Source: Octopus sinensis
Lineage: Eukaryota
Reading direction: 5' to 3'
NCBI RefSeq assembly: GCF_006345805.1
Contig: NC_043006.1
Coordinates: 23,374,001 to 23,438,000 of the forward strand
DNA length: 64,000 bases
This document shows, in pieces, positions 1 through 11,912 of this stretch. Both the position numbers and the translations under genes were made by a program. A model generated the notes under the pieces. The model worked only from the letters and a program-made list of their open reading frames with translations. It was not told where the DNA came from and did not search any database. Position 1 is the stretch's first letter. Every line of letters starts with the position of its first letter.

Positions 1-74
1 TGTGGGCTGCTGACACTTTCATCATACCTAACAAGATAAGCTGAGAGTTTTCATAACAAAAAATAATAAAAGTT

Positions 75-286
75 TCAAATTTTGCCACCAGGGCAGCAGT
101 TTTGAGGGGAGGGGATGAGTCGATTACATCAAGCCCAATGTTCAACTGGTACTTATTTTATCGACCCCTAAATGAGGATAAAAGGCAAAGTCAACCTCTG
201 CGGAGTTTGAGTTCAGAACGTAAAGACGGGCGAAATACCGGTAAGCCATTTGCTCGGAGCGCTAACGATTCTACTTGCTCGCCGCC

Positions 287-287
<1 letters not shown>
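75..287 (-). mobile_element. tRNA-derived SINE family B (head ggcggcgagc..., central gtcgactttgcctttcatcc...gtcgataaa...agtaccagt)
   Basis: Reverse complement matches the intact copy at 14942-15168; abuts (TAA)n at 288-357. Confidence 0.8.

Positions 288-357
<70 letters not shown>
288..357. repeat. (TAA)n microsatellite
   Basis: Direct reading. Confidence 0.98.
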
Positions 358-358
<1 letters not shown>

Positions 359-364
359 TGGTTT

Positions 365-612
365 CGAGTCGATTACATCAACCCCAGTGTTCAACTGGTA
401 CTTATTTTATCGACCCCGATAGGATAATGGGTAAAGTCAACCTCGTGGAATTTGAACTCAGAACTCAGACAAAACACCGCTAAGCATTCTGCCTGGTGTG
501 CTAACGATTCTGTAGAGTTGACCTCGGTGGTATTAGAACTAAGAACGGAAAGTCGGAAGAAATGTCGCTCAGCATTTTTTCCGGCGTAATAACTATTCTG
601 CCAACTCGCTGG
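365..612 (-). mobile_element. SINE family B, degenerate, with duplicated head segment
   Basis: ctggtacttattttatcgaccccg...gtcaacctcgtggaatttgaactcagaac, then a second gacctcgg...agaac...tctgccaactcgc segment. Confidence 0.7.
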
Positions 613-869
613 CTTACTTAATAATAATGATAATAATGGGTCTTTAGATAGCAAAAATGCTGTAGAAATTCTTGGATATGAAGGAGAGTTTGAGTAAATT
701 TGGAAGCTCTGACAGTATTTATCCATGTATCAACACATGTATCTGTCTAGTTTTGTTTGTTTACGTGTGTACGTATGCACGTGAGTACGTGTATGTGTGT
801 GTGTGTGTGTAAATCTGTGTGAGTATGTGCATGTTTATATGTGTTTGTATGTCGCAAAGTATATAAAAA

Positions 870-969
870 NNNNNNNNNNNNNNNNNNNNNNNNNNNNNNN
901 NNNNNNNNNNNNNNNNNNNNNNNNNNNNNNNNNNNNNNNNNNNNNNNNNNNNNNNNNNNNNNNNNNNNN
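870..969. other. Assembly gap (100 N)
   Basis: Run of N. Confidence 1.
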
Positions 970-1144
970 TTTTAATGGAAAATGGGTGTATGGAAAATTT
1001 TATTAATATATGTATATTTAAAAAATATATATATATTTTATTAATTTTTTCAGAATTTTCCATACACCCATTTTCATTAAAATTTTCCTTCAATTTAGCA
1101 TTCTGCCTTTTTAATTTATCGTTGCCTATATATATATATACAAT

Positions 1145-2140
1145 ATGAGACAAGGACTCAAAACATCTGGACAGTTAGGGGATACAAAAATGGGACATTT
1201 TTTTTAACATTGTCTATTTTATTCCGTCCTTGTTTTTGTATACATTCGCAGCTTTCTTCCAAGGAATCTAATGCTCTTAGGTTAGTTGTTCCTTGGGGCT
1301 GGCCAGATTGGAGCAATCTCAAGTATAATCAGCCGTCCAGATGTTTTGCATCTTGTCCTATTTTTTATTATATATATATATATATATAGCGGCGTACGTA
1401 CACTTTGGTCTCTTATTTATATGTATACATTTTTCTAAATCTTGTACGACTCTATTTCTGTTTGTCATCCCTTTCACGCTTATTCGTCCATTCCACTCTT
1501 CGTTCTTTCGTTTCCCCTCTCTCACATTTCTTTGCCTTCTCTTCTTGCTCACTTTCTCTCCGCTTTTCACTTCACAGTGTCCCTGTCATTTTTTCTCGCC
1601 CCTCCTTAATTCTTCTGTCCCTCTGATTCTACTTCTCTCTCTTCTCTTCCCACGTGACCGGCGTTCGGCTAAACATGTTCTTTCTTTCTTGGTCTGGCCG
1701 TTGTCCGGCAACATTGATATTCCTCGCTGTGTTTGTGAAACCCTCTATCCCTGCCGTAAGGTATCATTTCCACACACGCCAGCTTAATTTAATTCGTCCT
1801 TAGTCGAAAGACACCTGTTGTTATGTCCTGTTATTATTTTTTTTATTGTATTTGTGTAACATTGTCCGTTTTTTCCGTCCTTGTTTTTGTATATATTCGG
1901 TGCTTTCTTCCAAGGAATCTAATGCTCTTAGGTTAGTTGCTCCTTGGGGCTGACCAGATTGGAGAAATCTCAAGCATAATCAGCCGAAATTGTGAAGATA
2001 ATCTGGTACTTGACTGAGGAAAAAACTCCGAATGACCCGTCCTTGTTTTCTTCGTATCGTCTATCTGGATATTTGTTGCCCCATTTTTGTATCACCTAAC
2101 TGTCCGGTTGTTTTGCGTTCTTGTCCGATTTTGTATTTCA
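1145..2140 (+). mobile_element. Penelope-like element (PLE) 3'/pLTR remnant with internal direct and inverted duplications
   Basis: 1205-1335 repeats directly at 1857-1986; 1151-1197 is inverted relative to about 2075-2125; related sequence at 7615-7894 and 10128-10431; hammerhead-like ctgagga...gaa near 2010. Confidence 0.55.
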
Positions 2141-2344
2141 TACATATATATATATAATATATATATATATATATAGCCGAAATTTGCCATGATGAATCGG
2201 TTTCTGACTGAAGAATGAAGGCTCTGAATTACTGTCCGTTTTTCCGTGTTTGTCAATTCGTGAATTTCACGTTCTTTATATATAAGTTTTATTATATTAT
2301 ATATATATATAATATATATATATATATATTATATATATATATAA

Positions 2345-2551
2345 AGTTAATCAAACATGAAAGCACAAATAACACAACAACGCGAGGACGTGGAACAAAT
2401 ATAGTATTATTGGACGCTCAGGAAAGAAGGAAAGAAGGAGGGTTTAAACGTTTCGAGCGGAGCTCTTCGTCGGAAACATAGGAGAAGGAAAGATCCAGAG
2501 AAGGGAAGACAGAGGAAAAAAAATCGCCAACGGTACACACGCGGTCACATT

Positions 2552-2555
<4 letters not shown>
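2345..2555 (-). mobile_element. PLE pLTR fragment carrying a hammerhead-like motif
   Basis: Near-identical to 61510-61718; minus strand reads gttt-ccgacga-a-gagc-tcc-gctc-gaaacgtt-taaac. Confidence 0.7.
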
Positions 2556-2593
<38 letters not shown>

Positions 2594-2595
2594 GT

Positions 2596-2649
<54 letters not shown>

Positions 2650-2652
<3 letters not shown>

Positions 2653-2825
2653 CAGGCCTCCGATAGGACGCTGTTTCCGTCTACCAAATTCACTTCTAGA
2701 ACAAAGGTTTGGCCTGGGGCTACAATTGATGGCATTTGTCTAAGATGCTGCACAGTGGACTGGAACTGAATACAAAACCACGTGACTAAAACGCGAGCTT
2801 CTTAACCACACAACTATTCGCGCGC
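2650..2825 (-). mobile_element. Old SINE family A, 5' half
   Basis: Diverged match to gtttccgtctaccaaat...cttaaccacac. Confidence 0.6.
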
Positions 2826-2869
2826 CTTGCCTATGTATTTATCTTTGTAAATCTCTTTTTCGCTCTCTC

Positions 2870-3271
2870 TCTCTTTTTACTTGTTTCAGTCATTTGACTG
2901 CTGCCATGCTGGAGCACCGCCTTTAATCGAGCAACTCGACCCCGGGACTTATTCTTTTGTAAGCCCAGTACTTATTCTATCGGTCTCTTTTGCCGAACCG
3001 CTCAGTAACGGGGACATAAACACACCAGCATCGGTTGTCAAACAATGCTAGGGGGACAAACACAGACACACAAACACACACACGCATTTATATATATATA
3101 CACATATACGACGGACTTCTTTCAGTTTCCGTCTACCAAATCCACTCACAAGGCTTTGGTCGGCCCGAGGCTATAGTAGAAGACACTTGCCCAAGATGCC
3201 ACGCAGTGGGACTGAACCCGGAACCATGTGGCTGGTAAACAAGCTACTTACCACACAGCCACTCCTGCGCC
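2870..3271 (-). mobile_element. Full-length tRNA-derived SINE family A (CORE-like cttgggcaagtgtctt, internal TA/CA tract)
   Basis: Minus strand has A-box tggctgtgtgg, B-box ggttcagtccc and tail gactgaaacaagtaaaa; more than 15 related copies in the window. Confidence 0.9.
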
Positions 3272-4047
3272 AAATGGTTGGAAATAGAATAAATTCACAA
3301 TAATAAGAAACTCTAGAGAGATCTGACCCTTGCAAGTCTTCAGAAAAGAAGCGCCCTTCATGCAAGTGTATCAGCCCTTGGCCCCTTACACTCTAAGGGG
3401 GTCGCGTCGCAGCCAGGCCCTGATTCCTGGATACCCTCTGTGGTAATATTCTCTGCTACTATCTGCATTGCAACTTATATCAACCTGGATTGTCAAAATA
3501 CCACCACGGTTAAAGTACCTTGATATTTACACTATACAATTAATTTAATTTTCATTACATACTAATTATGATACAGGTTTTGTAGGTTTACTTTTTAATT
3601 TAATACTTTCAACATTGTAGAAGTTTATAATTAAAGATGAATATTTTTAACAATAAAATTATTATTTTATTAATACGTCCAAATCAATCTATATTTTCTC
3701 AGTTTTCTCTATCAAATTTCATTATCAACAAACACAGACTTGTTTTCAACGGGGAGTCTATATTCATAAATTTATTAACCGTTAGAATATACATCATATT
3801 ACAAAACAGCCCACTCCTGAAGCCTACTTTTGGTGTTGTTACTGTTGCTGACGAAAATGTATTTATCGGAGAAAAAAAATTATTTCGAGAATATTTTTAT
3901 AAGTGACGCTTAAGTAGCTTCCCTACACAATCTCAATAAACAAAGCTATATATATATATTACTATTTCAAAATCTCTCTAAAGGAGACTACGGCAGCAGT
4001 ACTGAGCATTAATAGTTATCGTCAAGCTAACATGGCAGTCTATTAAA

Positions 4048-4364
4048 ATAGGAGGAATACTGGCGTTGATTAGCTGCAAGAGGCCATCGCCTCTAGCTAG
4101 CTATGTGATACAAAAATCTATGTCCATTCCAACCTTCGAACAGGGGAGGTCAGCAGCTTCCCCATGCTGGTACAGACAACCACAGATTAGTTTCTGTGTA
4201 TTTTCCCTTTATCAATTGGGAGTAGTAAGTAGATGTCTGAACCAGCATGGGGAAGCTGATGACCTCCCCTGTTCGACGGTTGCAATGGACAAAGGTTTGT
4301 GTATCATATAGCAAGCTAGATGCGACGGCCTCTTGGAGCTAATTAACGACAGTATTCGCCCTAT
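4048..4364. mobile_element. Fold-back/MITE-like element with about 130-bp imperfect inverted arms
   Basis: 4048-4178 is the reverse complement of 4234-4364 with scattered mismatches; spacer about 55 bp. Confidence 0.75.
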
Positions 4365-4429
4365 ATATATGTGTGTATGTATGTATGTATGTATGTATGT
4401 ATGTATGTATGTATGTATGTATGTATGTT

Positions 4430-4582
4430 TGTGTGTCTGTGTTTGTTTCCGCCCAACTTGATGTTGATGTGTTTACGTCCCCGTGACTTAGCGGTTCAGC
4501 AATAAATAACCGATAGAATAAGAATTAGGCTTACAAAAATAAGTCCTGAGGTCGATTTCTTCGACTGAAACAAATAAAAGAA
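4430..4582 (+). mobile_element. SINE family A, 3' half
   Basis: gtgtttacgtccccgtgacttagcggttc...gatagaataag...gactgaaacaa. Confidence 0.8.
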
Positions 4583-4707
4583 TATGACATACATATATAC
4601 TCACATATATATGTATAAACATACACGTGTATATGTACACATATGTGTATACATACGGATATATTATACAAATATATATATATACAAACATATTTATATA
4701 TGTATGC

Positions 4708-4740
<33 letters not shown>

Positions 4741-4829
4741 ATATACACGCACATATATATATACACACATTTATATATATAGAACATCTATATATATATA
4801 TACACACAAACATATATATATATTATATA

Positions 4830-4863
<34 letters not shown>

Positions 4864-4967
4864 CTAATACACATACATATTCATCTATATTATATATATA
4901 CACACACACATATATATATACATACATACATACATACATACAGACAGACAGACAGACAGACAGACGT

Positions 4968-5021
<54 letters not shown>

Positions 5022-5434
5022 GTATATGCCTCATATTCGAACCACTATAAACAGCATACGTAGATTCAATAATGAAATCATGAAATCTCACTACACTGGG
5101 ACGAAGGCAAATTTAATTCACTTTTAATATGTTTTACAAAACTTTTGTCGAGTATATTATGTTACTTCGCTGCTCTCTTCCGTCACGAGTGCTATTCTAT
5201 GATCTTTACAGATGGTTTATGGGTTTATTCGAACACTTTGGTTTAAATTACACTTTTATCGGTGCACCATACAGTTTATGTTTATTACATATTTACTTTG
5301 ATTTGAAGCAAGCTGAGAGCTTCAGATTCTGTTTTTTCCCTTCGGGGGGCATTACAGGCCATGAATGAAACGAAAAAGCATCAGCTATGAAATGAAAACG
5401 TAACGCAGGTTTGGCGCACTGAGGGTTGATATTG

Positions 5435-5675
5435 TTTTCGTTGTTGGTGTTGTCGTTTAATCCCACTTCAGTCCTAATGGAGCATACAAAGGCACTCCAG
5501 TGGGGACTACCGTGTCTTTGTTTTTCCTCTGACCAAGGAGTCCAACACCAGGTTGTCCAAATTTCCTATTTTTTAAAGGTCGAGAGCTGTGATTTGAGGA
5601 AAATTTGGCGACTCTTTCTAACAGGTCAAGCCAGTCACATACTCACCAGTCACATACAAAGCCTTCCTCATTGAC
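5435..5675 (-). mobile_element. Old SINE-like family C
   Basis: gtgatttgaggaaaatttggc...tttctaacaggtcaagc matches opposite-strand copies at about 36990-37070 and 37200-37410 (agccaaatctccctcaaatcacatccc, AAC tail). Confidence 0.5.
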
Positions 5676-5692
5676 ACGTTATTGCTATAGAC

Positions 5693-6005
5693 CAGGAGTT
5701 CTCAACCATTTTTTATTTATGGTGGACCCCCATACCTATTCGATATTAAAAACTTGTTTTATAGAGCTTCTTACAAAATTCCTATTTTGTTTTCCATACT
5801 TGTGTAGATTGAATTATGTAAAACGTTAGAGAAAGAAACCTGACTATTTCATGCAATACACATCAATACATACATCTAAAGCAACATTTTTTCAGGGGCC
5901 TTAGAATACTATTGTTGATTCTCAATTTACTATTTTGTTGTGTGGACCCTCAAAAATCTTATATGGACCTTCAGAGGCCATATAAACCCCGGAAGAAAAC
6001 CACAG
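5693..6005. mobile_element. hAT (Charlie-like) MITE, degenerate
   Basis: Begins caggagttctcaacc, ends gaaaaccacag; internal ggacccc subterminal motifs; TSD not clear. Confidence 0.5.
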
Positions 6006-6006
6006 T

Positions 6007-6044
<38 letters not shown>

Positions 6045-6159
6045 AAGAAAGATAAAGAGAGAGAGAGAGAATGAAAGAGAAAGAGAGAGAGAAAGTCGAT
6101 ATTGATAGATATATATCTTTATGCACACACACACACACACACACATATAGTTGACATTT

Positions 6160-6922
6160 ATAGAAAAACAAAAGACAGGTGTATGAACAACAAGCAGATA
6201 TATTAGTTTGATGCTCAGGAAAGTGAAAAAGTCTTTTACGTTTTGAGCCTACGCTCTTCTACAGAAAGGAATAAGAGAAATTAAACAGAGAGAGAATAAA
6301 AAAAACACTTGTGGATTTAGCGGTCAAGTATGGCGACTCATTAGGAAAAAAGTTTGAAAGAAGAGGTTGAAAGGAGAGGAGATAATAAAGTATTGGTAAT
6401 CCCAAAACAAATGTGCGCGTGCGTGTGTGTATCTGAGAATGTGTGTGTGTGTGTGTATGTGTGTGTGTGTGTGTGTGATGTGTACGTGTGTGTGTGCCTC
6501 TGTAACGAGTGGATGCTCATATAGTGGTACGTGTGGTAACGCTATTGAAAATTGTGGTGTGTGGTGTGGGTACTGGTCAGTGGTCAAGACTAGTATGTGT
6601 GCATGCATAAGTGTGTGCGTCTGTAACGTGTGGCTGCTGGGAAGTGGTCAGTGTTAGTGTGTGGGATGAAGTGGGGTTAGGTGAAGGTATGGGATGTGGG
6701 TGTGGTGTATGGGTGGTAGGGGTGGGATGGGGGCGGTATCAATTAAGAGAGGTGGGTAGGCGTGAAGAGAGGAGGAGTTTGAGCCCATATGGCGCAAAGG
6801 AGCGAAGAGAGAAGATTAATTTCTGTTCACGGTGAAGGCGGAAGTCCGGATGGCCCTTACGCAAAGACAATCCTAACACAGACAGGTGTTGTAGCGAATG
6901 ACCGGTTGAGCGGAGATGGCGT
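6160..6922 (-). mobile_element. PLE 3' end: GIY-YIG C-terminus, 3' UTR and hammerhead-like motif
   Basis: Minus strand about 6775-6920 translates to RHLRSTGHSLQHLSVLGL...RLHREQKLIFSLRSFAPYGL, typical of the Penelope/Neptune EN tail; HHR-like fold at 6233-6268. Confidence 0.8.
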
Positions 6923-6979
6923 GAAATATATATATATACATATGTATATATATGGATATTTGTATATATATATATATAT

Positions 6980-7010
<31 letters not shown>

Positions 7011-7011
7011 T

Positions 7012-7393
7012 CAGGGACGTGCCACCTAGGTAGGCAAAGTAGGCAGGGGCTACCGTGAATAAAATAGATCGATAAGAACATTTTCCTTTTATGGCAAATT
7101 ATGTACCGTATTCAATAAAATTATGAAGGTTTCTTTGATTACTATGCATAAACCGCAAAATATCTTATTTTTTTTGTAGATTAGGTAGGCATAATTAACT
7201 CCTGCTTTTCAACCACAGCATTTGAGCTATGCATACTACCACTGTAGTACACGTTTTGCGTACACCCCTACAAAGGCAATCAGTAAATCTGCGTTCAGCT
7301 CAGTCGCGCGACTGCTTGTTTATTTTTTGTGTGTTTTACAACACAGAGGTCACCAACTGTCCACCTTAAGTGTTTACTGACGGCACGTCAGTA
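7012..7393. mobile_element. Putative MITE (Harbinger/hAT-like ends)
   Basis: Start cagggacgtgcc, end ggcacgtcagta (8-bp inverted match). Confidence 0.35.
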
Positions 7394-7463
7394 AATACTC
7401 TATATAGATATATAGATTTATGTACAGATATAAATATAAATATGTGTCCATATATATATACAG

Positions 7464-7497
<34 letters not shown>

Positions 7498-7500
7498 CTG

Positions 7501-7600
<100 letters not shown>

Positions 7601-7614
7601 GTACGAATTGTACT

Positions 7615-7894
7615 CGAACCATGAAAGAAAGATCAGGCTTGGCCGAATACCGGTCACGTGGAGAGAGAGAAGAGAGGTAGAGGCAGAGGGACAGAAGAAT
7701 TAGGGAGGGACGAGAAAAAAGAAAAGGGACAGAGTGAAATGAAAGAGGAGGAAAGGTGAGAATGAAGAGAAAGCCAGGAATGTGAGAGAGGGGGAACGGA
7801 AGAAAGAAGAGTGGAAAGAACGAAGTAAGTATGAAGGGGCTGATAGAGAGAAATAAAGAATGAAAGAATAAGAGAGTCGTACAAAATTTATATA
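7615..7894 (-). mobile_element. PLE-derived fragment, inverted relative of 1440-1690
   Basis: gccgaataccggtcacgtgg and gagtcgtacaa are reverse complements of ccacgtgaccggcgttcggc and ttgtacgactc. Confidence 0.55.
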
Positions 7895-8289
7895 TCTTTA
7901 TATATAAAAGAAAGGTTGTGTGTCTGTCTACTCCGATTTAGATTCCTAACTACTCCCACATTTTGCGGTGCAGTTTAACCAAAACCGGGTATCTTATAGT
8001 CGTGATTCATATCGAGCCTTTCTGCGTATTAGCGCGCGTCTACGATGAGTCTACGATTTTAAAAATAATTTACCATCATTTTTTTCCATTTTAATGCATA
8101 TTTTTTAAATATAAGGGAAGTAACTCTCTAAAAATGTCTACGATGAGTCAACGATTTAAAAAAAAATTTACCATGATTTTGTTTTCCATCTTTAATGCAT
8201 TTTTTGCTATTTTTTTGGCTATAACTCTCTAAAAATGCTTTATAGTTATTTCCCTTACAAACCCGAGCAACGCCGGGCGATACTGCTAG
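7895..8289 (+). mobile_element. Non-autonomous Helitron
   Basis: 5' TC (tctttatatataaaa), 3' GC-rich hairpin cccgagcaacgccggg, then CTAG; inserted between A and T; related copy at 19787-20295. Confidence 0.9.
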
Positions 8290-8324
8290 TATATATATAA
8301 GAGAGTCATACAAATTTATATATA

Positions 8325-10080
8325 CTAGCAGTATTGCCCGACGTTGCTCGGGTTTGTTTTTTAGTTGCGCTAAGGCAGCGTTTCTACTCAGACGTAGTTC
8401 ACGTTGAGCGTCGTTCTCAGCAGCTCTTGCAGCTCATACAGCTGCAACGTTTCGGTGTAAACGAAGTCTACGCCGATTATTTTTGCCTGCAGCTTGTACA
8501 TCTGCATTAATCATTGCATTTCCTTCGTTCTAATGTCGAACATTTTTTCCTTATTCAGCGTAACCTGTGGGGATGTAGTTGCTGAGGCATTACAGCTTGC
8601 CTTGAATCGAAGTCTCGTCATCATTCTCATTTGAATGAGAAGATGCAATGGAAACAGAATCTCCCTTACATCGATTCAAGCAACGCTCATCTGTGGACGT
8701 AACAGCCGCATCAATCGAACTCCCCGCAATTTGAGACTCTCTACAACTCAACGACGGTGAATGAAGTCTCCTTCTTTTCATCATCTGTTTTCCGGTCGAT
8801 TGTATTATAGCCCTTTTTTTTTTAAGCATTGTCGTGTGAAACACGTTTAGGCAAAGTGATGTGGCAAAAAGTATATCTTAAATGCAAAGAAATTTCAAAA
8901 AGTCTACTACATCAACATGCAGCACAATTTCTTTAATTTTACATGTTTCCGTTAATAGTTTCATTTAATATCGTGACGTATGTTTGCCATTTGGCTATAG
9001 ACACACTTAGGGGTTAGCCATATTTAAATGGCAAATATACGTTACGATGTGTTGCAGGTACTGTTTTTAACTCGCTCTAAGATTTATTATTGTTTGTTTA
9101 CACTTTTTCGATATTAGTGTCTTTACGATACAGGAAAAAGGATATGTATTTGCGAAGGGAACCTACTTTTCATCGACAACTGTGATTGTCACACGCCGAT
9201 GACGGGTCAATACCCAGAAACTCGAGTCCGTGTGTATCATAAGTTGAAGACGGGAAGGATGGCTTCCCCTTCCAAATACTGATAGGGCACAGAAAGTGTG
9301 TCTATAGCCAGCTGGAGGAGGTGTCCTCCTGGGGCTTCAAACTACAGTAGCATCCACCCTTAGGGGTTAGCCATATTTAAATGGCAAATATACGTCACGA
9401 TGTGTTGCAGCTACTGTTTATAACTCGCTCTAAGATTTATTATTTCATTTAATAGTTATTGAACAATTATTAAGAAAGAATGTCTCAGTTCGAAATCCAT
9501 AAAAGAAGGTAAATAGTTCTTGTATAGTACCAAAGATACATTTCTAGACAGCCGTAGTTAAGTTGGTATTTAGGAAAATTTAGGAAAGTCCAAATGACTA
9601 AGCAAAATGTTCTGCAATTAGTTTTTCTCACAAAAAATCGATTGAAATTGCTGAATTGTACTCAACGCTGTAGCCGATGACGACCTTGAAAATTAGTGAA
9701 TTCACGCAGCGAACATTAGGGAACAGAATCTCTCTCTCCAGTCGATTCAAGCAACGCTCATCCATGGACATAACAGCCGCATCAATCGACCCCCCAACCA
9801 TACAAAGGCAGTTTTCTATTAGACAAATTATTAACATTAGTTATCTCCCTTGCACCCTGTTGAAACTCATGTTTCGAACTGCACTGCTTTTTGATGTAAA
9901 TAATTTTTGGTGTTAACATGGTCCTATTTGAAATATTTCTTCTACGGAGGGAAGAACAAGCCTTCTTCTATCATACCTTTGGTCAACTTGCGCCGCAGGT
10001 TCTCGGAGGAGTTAGTGTTAGTTGAAAGCTACCAAACCTGCCACACACACACACAGACAACCTCGGATTTATATATAAGA
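8325..10080 (-). mobile_element. Non-autonomous Helitron (about 1.76 kb) with decayed coding remnant
   Basis: Minus strand starts tcttatatataaa at 10080 and ends acaaacccgagcaacgtcgggcaatactgCTAG at 8325; A/T insertion site; near the 3' end reads ARAAENDAQRELRLSRNAA, resembling RepHel N-terminal repeats. Confidence 0.85.
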
Positions 10081-10127
10081 TATATATATATGCGTGTGTG
10101 TGAGTGTGTGTGTGTGTGTACATACAT

Positions 10128-10431
10128 ATAGGAGACCAAAGTGTACGTACGCCGCCATATGTATATAAAAAGGAATACAAAAAATGGGACAAGAATGCAA
10201 AACATCCAAAAAGGGATAAGAAAAAAGAAGGACGGGTCATTCGAAGTTTTCTTTCCTCAGTCGAGTTCCAGGTTATCTTTGCAATTTCGGCTGGTTATAC
10301 TCAAGATTGCTCCAATCTGGCCTGCCCCAACGAAAAACTAAGCTATGAGCATTAGATTCCTTGGAAGAAAGTCCCTTTTTTGTTTTCCTTTTTATATACA
10401 TATGGCGGCGTACGTACACTTTGGTCTCTTA
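10128..10431 (-). mobile_element. PLE pLTR fragment with about 46-bp inverted termini
   Basis: gagaccaaagtgtacgtacgccgccatatgtatataaaa is inverted at 10390-10428; interior is the reverse complement of about 1905-2140. Confidence 0.65.
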
Positions 10432-10544
10432 TATGTAAATACACACTCACACACACACACATATATATATACACACACATATATATGCATCATTGTTTTT
10501 CTTGTCTCTTTTTACGTTGAGCCGGCACAGGTGCATTTTGGTGA

Positions 10545-10705
10545 CACTGGCAGGTGCTCATTACGTGGCACCGGCATGAGTACTTTTTACGTGGCACCGA
10601 CACGAGAGCTTTTTACATGTACCCGAACAAGTACTTCTTACGTGGCACCGGCTTTTTACATGCAGCAACACGGGAGCTTTCAACGTGACACATGCACGGG
10701 TCTTT
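10545..10705. repeat. Degenerate tandem array of about 25 bp (ttttacgtggcaccggcacgagagc), about 6 units
   Basis: Direct reading; unit resembles the reverse complement of gtgccggtggcacgtaaaaaaagc at 45961. Confidence 0.7.
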
Positions 10706-11077
10706 TTATAGTTACTAAATAAATATTTACTAGTAACTCTATATATTTATTACGTTAGCTATTATTACTAATAGCTATGTATTTATTTACAATATTAATA
10801 ACATTTACTAGTAACTTTAGATTTTATATTAGATTAGTTTTTTGGTGTTTGTTTATTGCTTAGTATGGTATTTCTGCTGATTACTTTACCAATAGAAAAA
10901 AAAATATTTTCTTGAGATTCTTGGCGTGTGGTTTTTGGTAGTCATTTAAGATTTATGGCACTCAAAAAAATGTATATGTGTCTGTGTAAGTGTATGCTTG
11001 TGTATCTATGTTTGTATGATTATATATGTATAGAGAGATATAGATAAATATAATCATATCGGAACAACAGCAGTTAG

Positions 11078-11488
11078 CAGCAGCAGCAGCAGTGGTGGTG
11101 TTCTGATAGCCCACAAACAAACTGTAAAACCAGAAATGTAGTCTATAGCATAAGATGTACAGAGGGACGATGCAGTAACAAGACAACGACGTACGTAGGA
11201 GAAACGGCACGGAGCATAGGTAAGCGGGTAAATGCACATTGGAAGGAACTTAAGGAAGAGAAGAGCTCATCGGTTCTGTACCAGCAAGCCGAGCTGGAAC
11301 ACGAGGGCTCACTCAACAAAATAGAAGTTAAAATCTTGTTCACACATAGAACAGACGCAACGCTTAGACAAATTACAGAAGCTACACACATAATAGAAGA
11401 TAAACCTAGCCTGAATAGGAAACTGGAATGGAACACTAGCACACACACCCAACACACTACAACATATGACAGAATAAGATCCCCATAA
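11078..11488 (+). pseudogene. GIY-YIG endonuclease domain of a 5'-truncated PLE (Naiad-like), stop-free 136 codons, no ATG
   Basis: Translates to ...CSDSPQTNCKTRNVVYSIRCTEGRCSNKTTTYVGETARSIGKRVNAHW...SVLYQQAELEH...TLRQITEATHIIEDKPSLNRKLEWN, with VVY/YVG motifs, catalytic R, E and N, and Cys residues of the PLE zinc finger. Confidence 0.88.
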
Positions 11489-11865
11489 ACTGATAACAAT
11501 ATAAGCAAAGCATAATACAATACACAGATAAACAAATGGAATTAAATAACTAGATACATTAACAAAATTTAAAATTAAACAAAAAAATTAATTAAATTAA
11601 ATGTAAAAGAGAATAGAAAAAATAATAAGTAGGTATAAACACATGAACAAAATAAATGAAAACAAATAACACGAACGTGTATAAACAGGGGAGACAGATA
11701 ATACAGGCACCCCCCACACACACATGCACTTACTAAACATAGACACGCATAGGGGTATACGCATGCGCAAATAAAGACACATACAATAGGAATACAAAAT
11801 GCAAAATGGCTGATCGTTAGTGAGGAAAGACACACAAATAAGAAAGAAGAAAGCAAAGGACCACT

Positions 11866-11912
11866 GATGAGGTCACAGAAGTGTGATGAAAGAACTTTGG
11901 CCGAAATACGAT
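11866..11912 (+). ncRNA. Hammerhead-like core in the PLE 3' region
   Basis: CTGATGA-ggtca...tggcc-GAAA with paired stem II; stem I not convincing. Confidence 0.45.

Noticed and set aside
2005-2240. Hammerhead-like ctgagga...gaatgac and ctgaaga...gaattac motifs (also 10230-10262 and 17035-17066 on the minus strand)
   Set aside because: The GAAA box or C3 is altered and the stems are not convincingly paired; probably decayed PLE motifs.
10545-10705. CRISPR-like repeat-spacer array
   Set aside because: Units are contiguous degenerate tandems without unique spacers; eukaryotic context and no cas genes.
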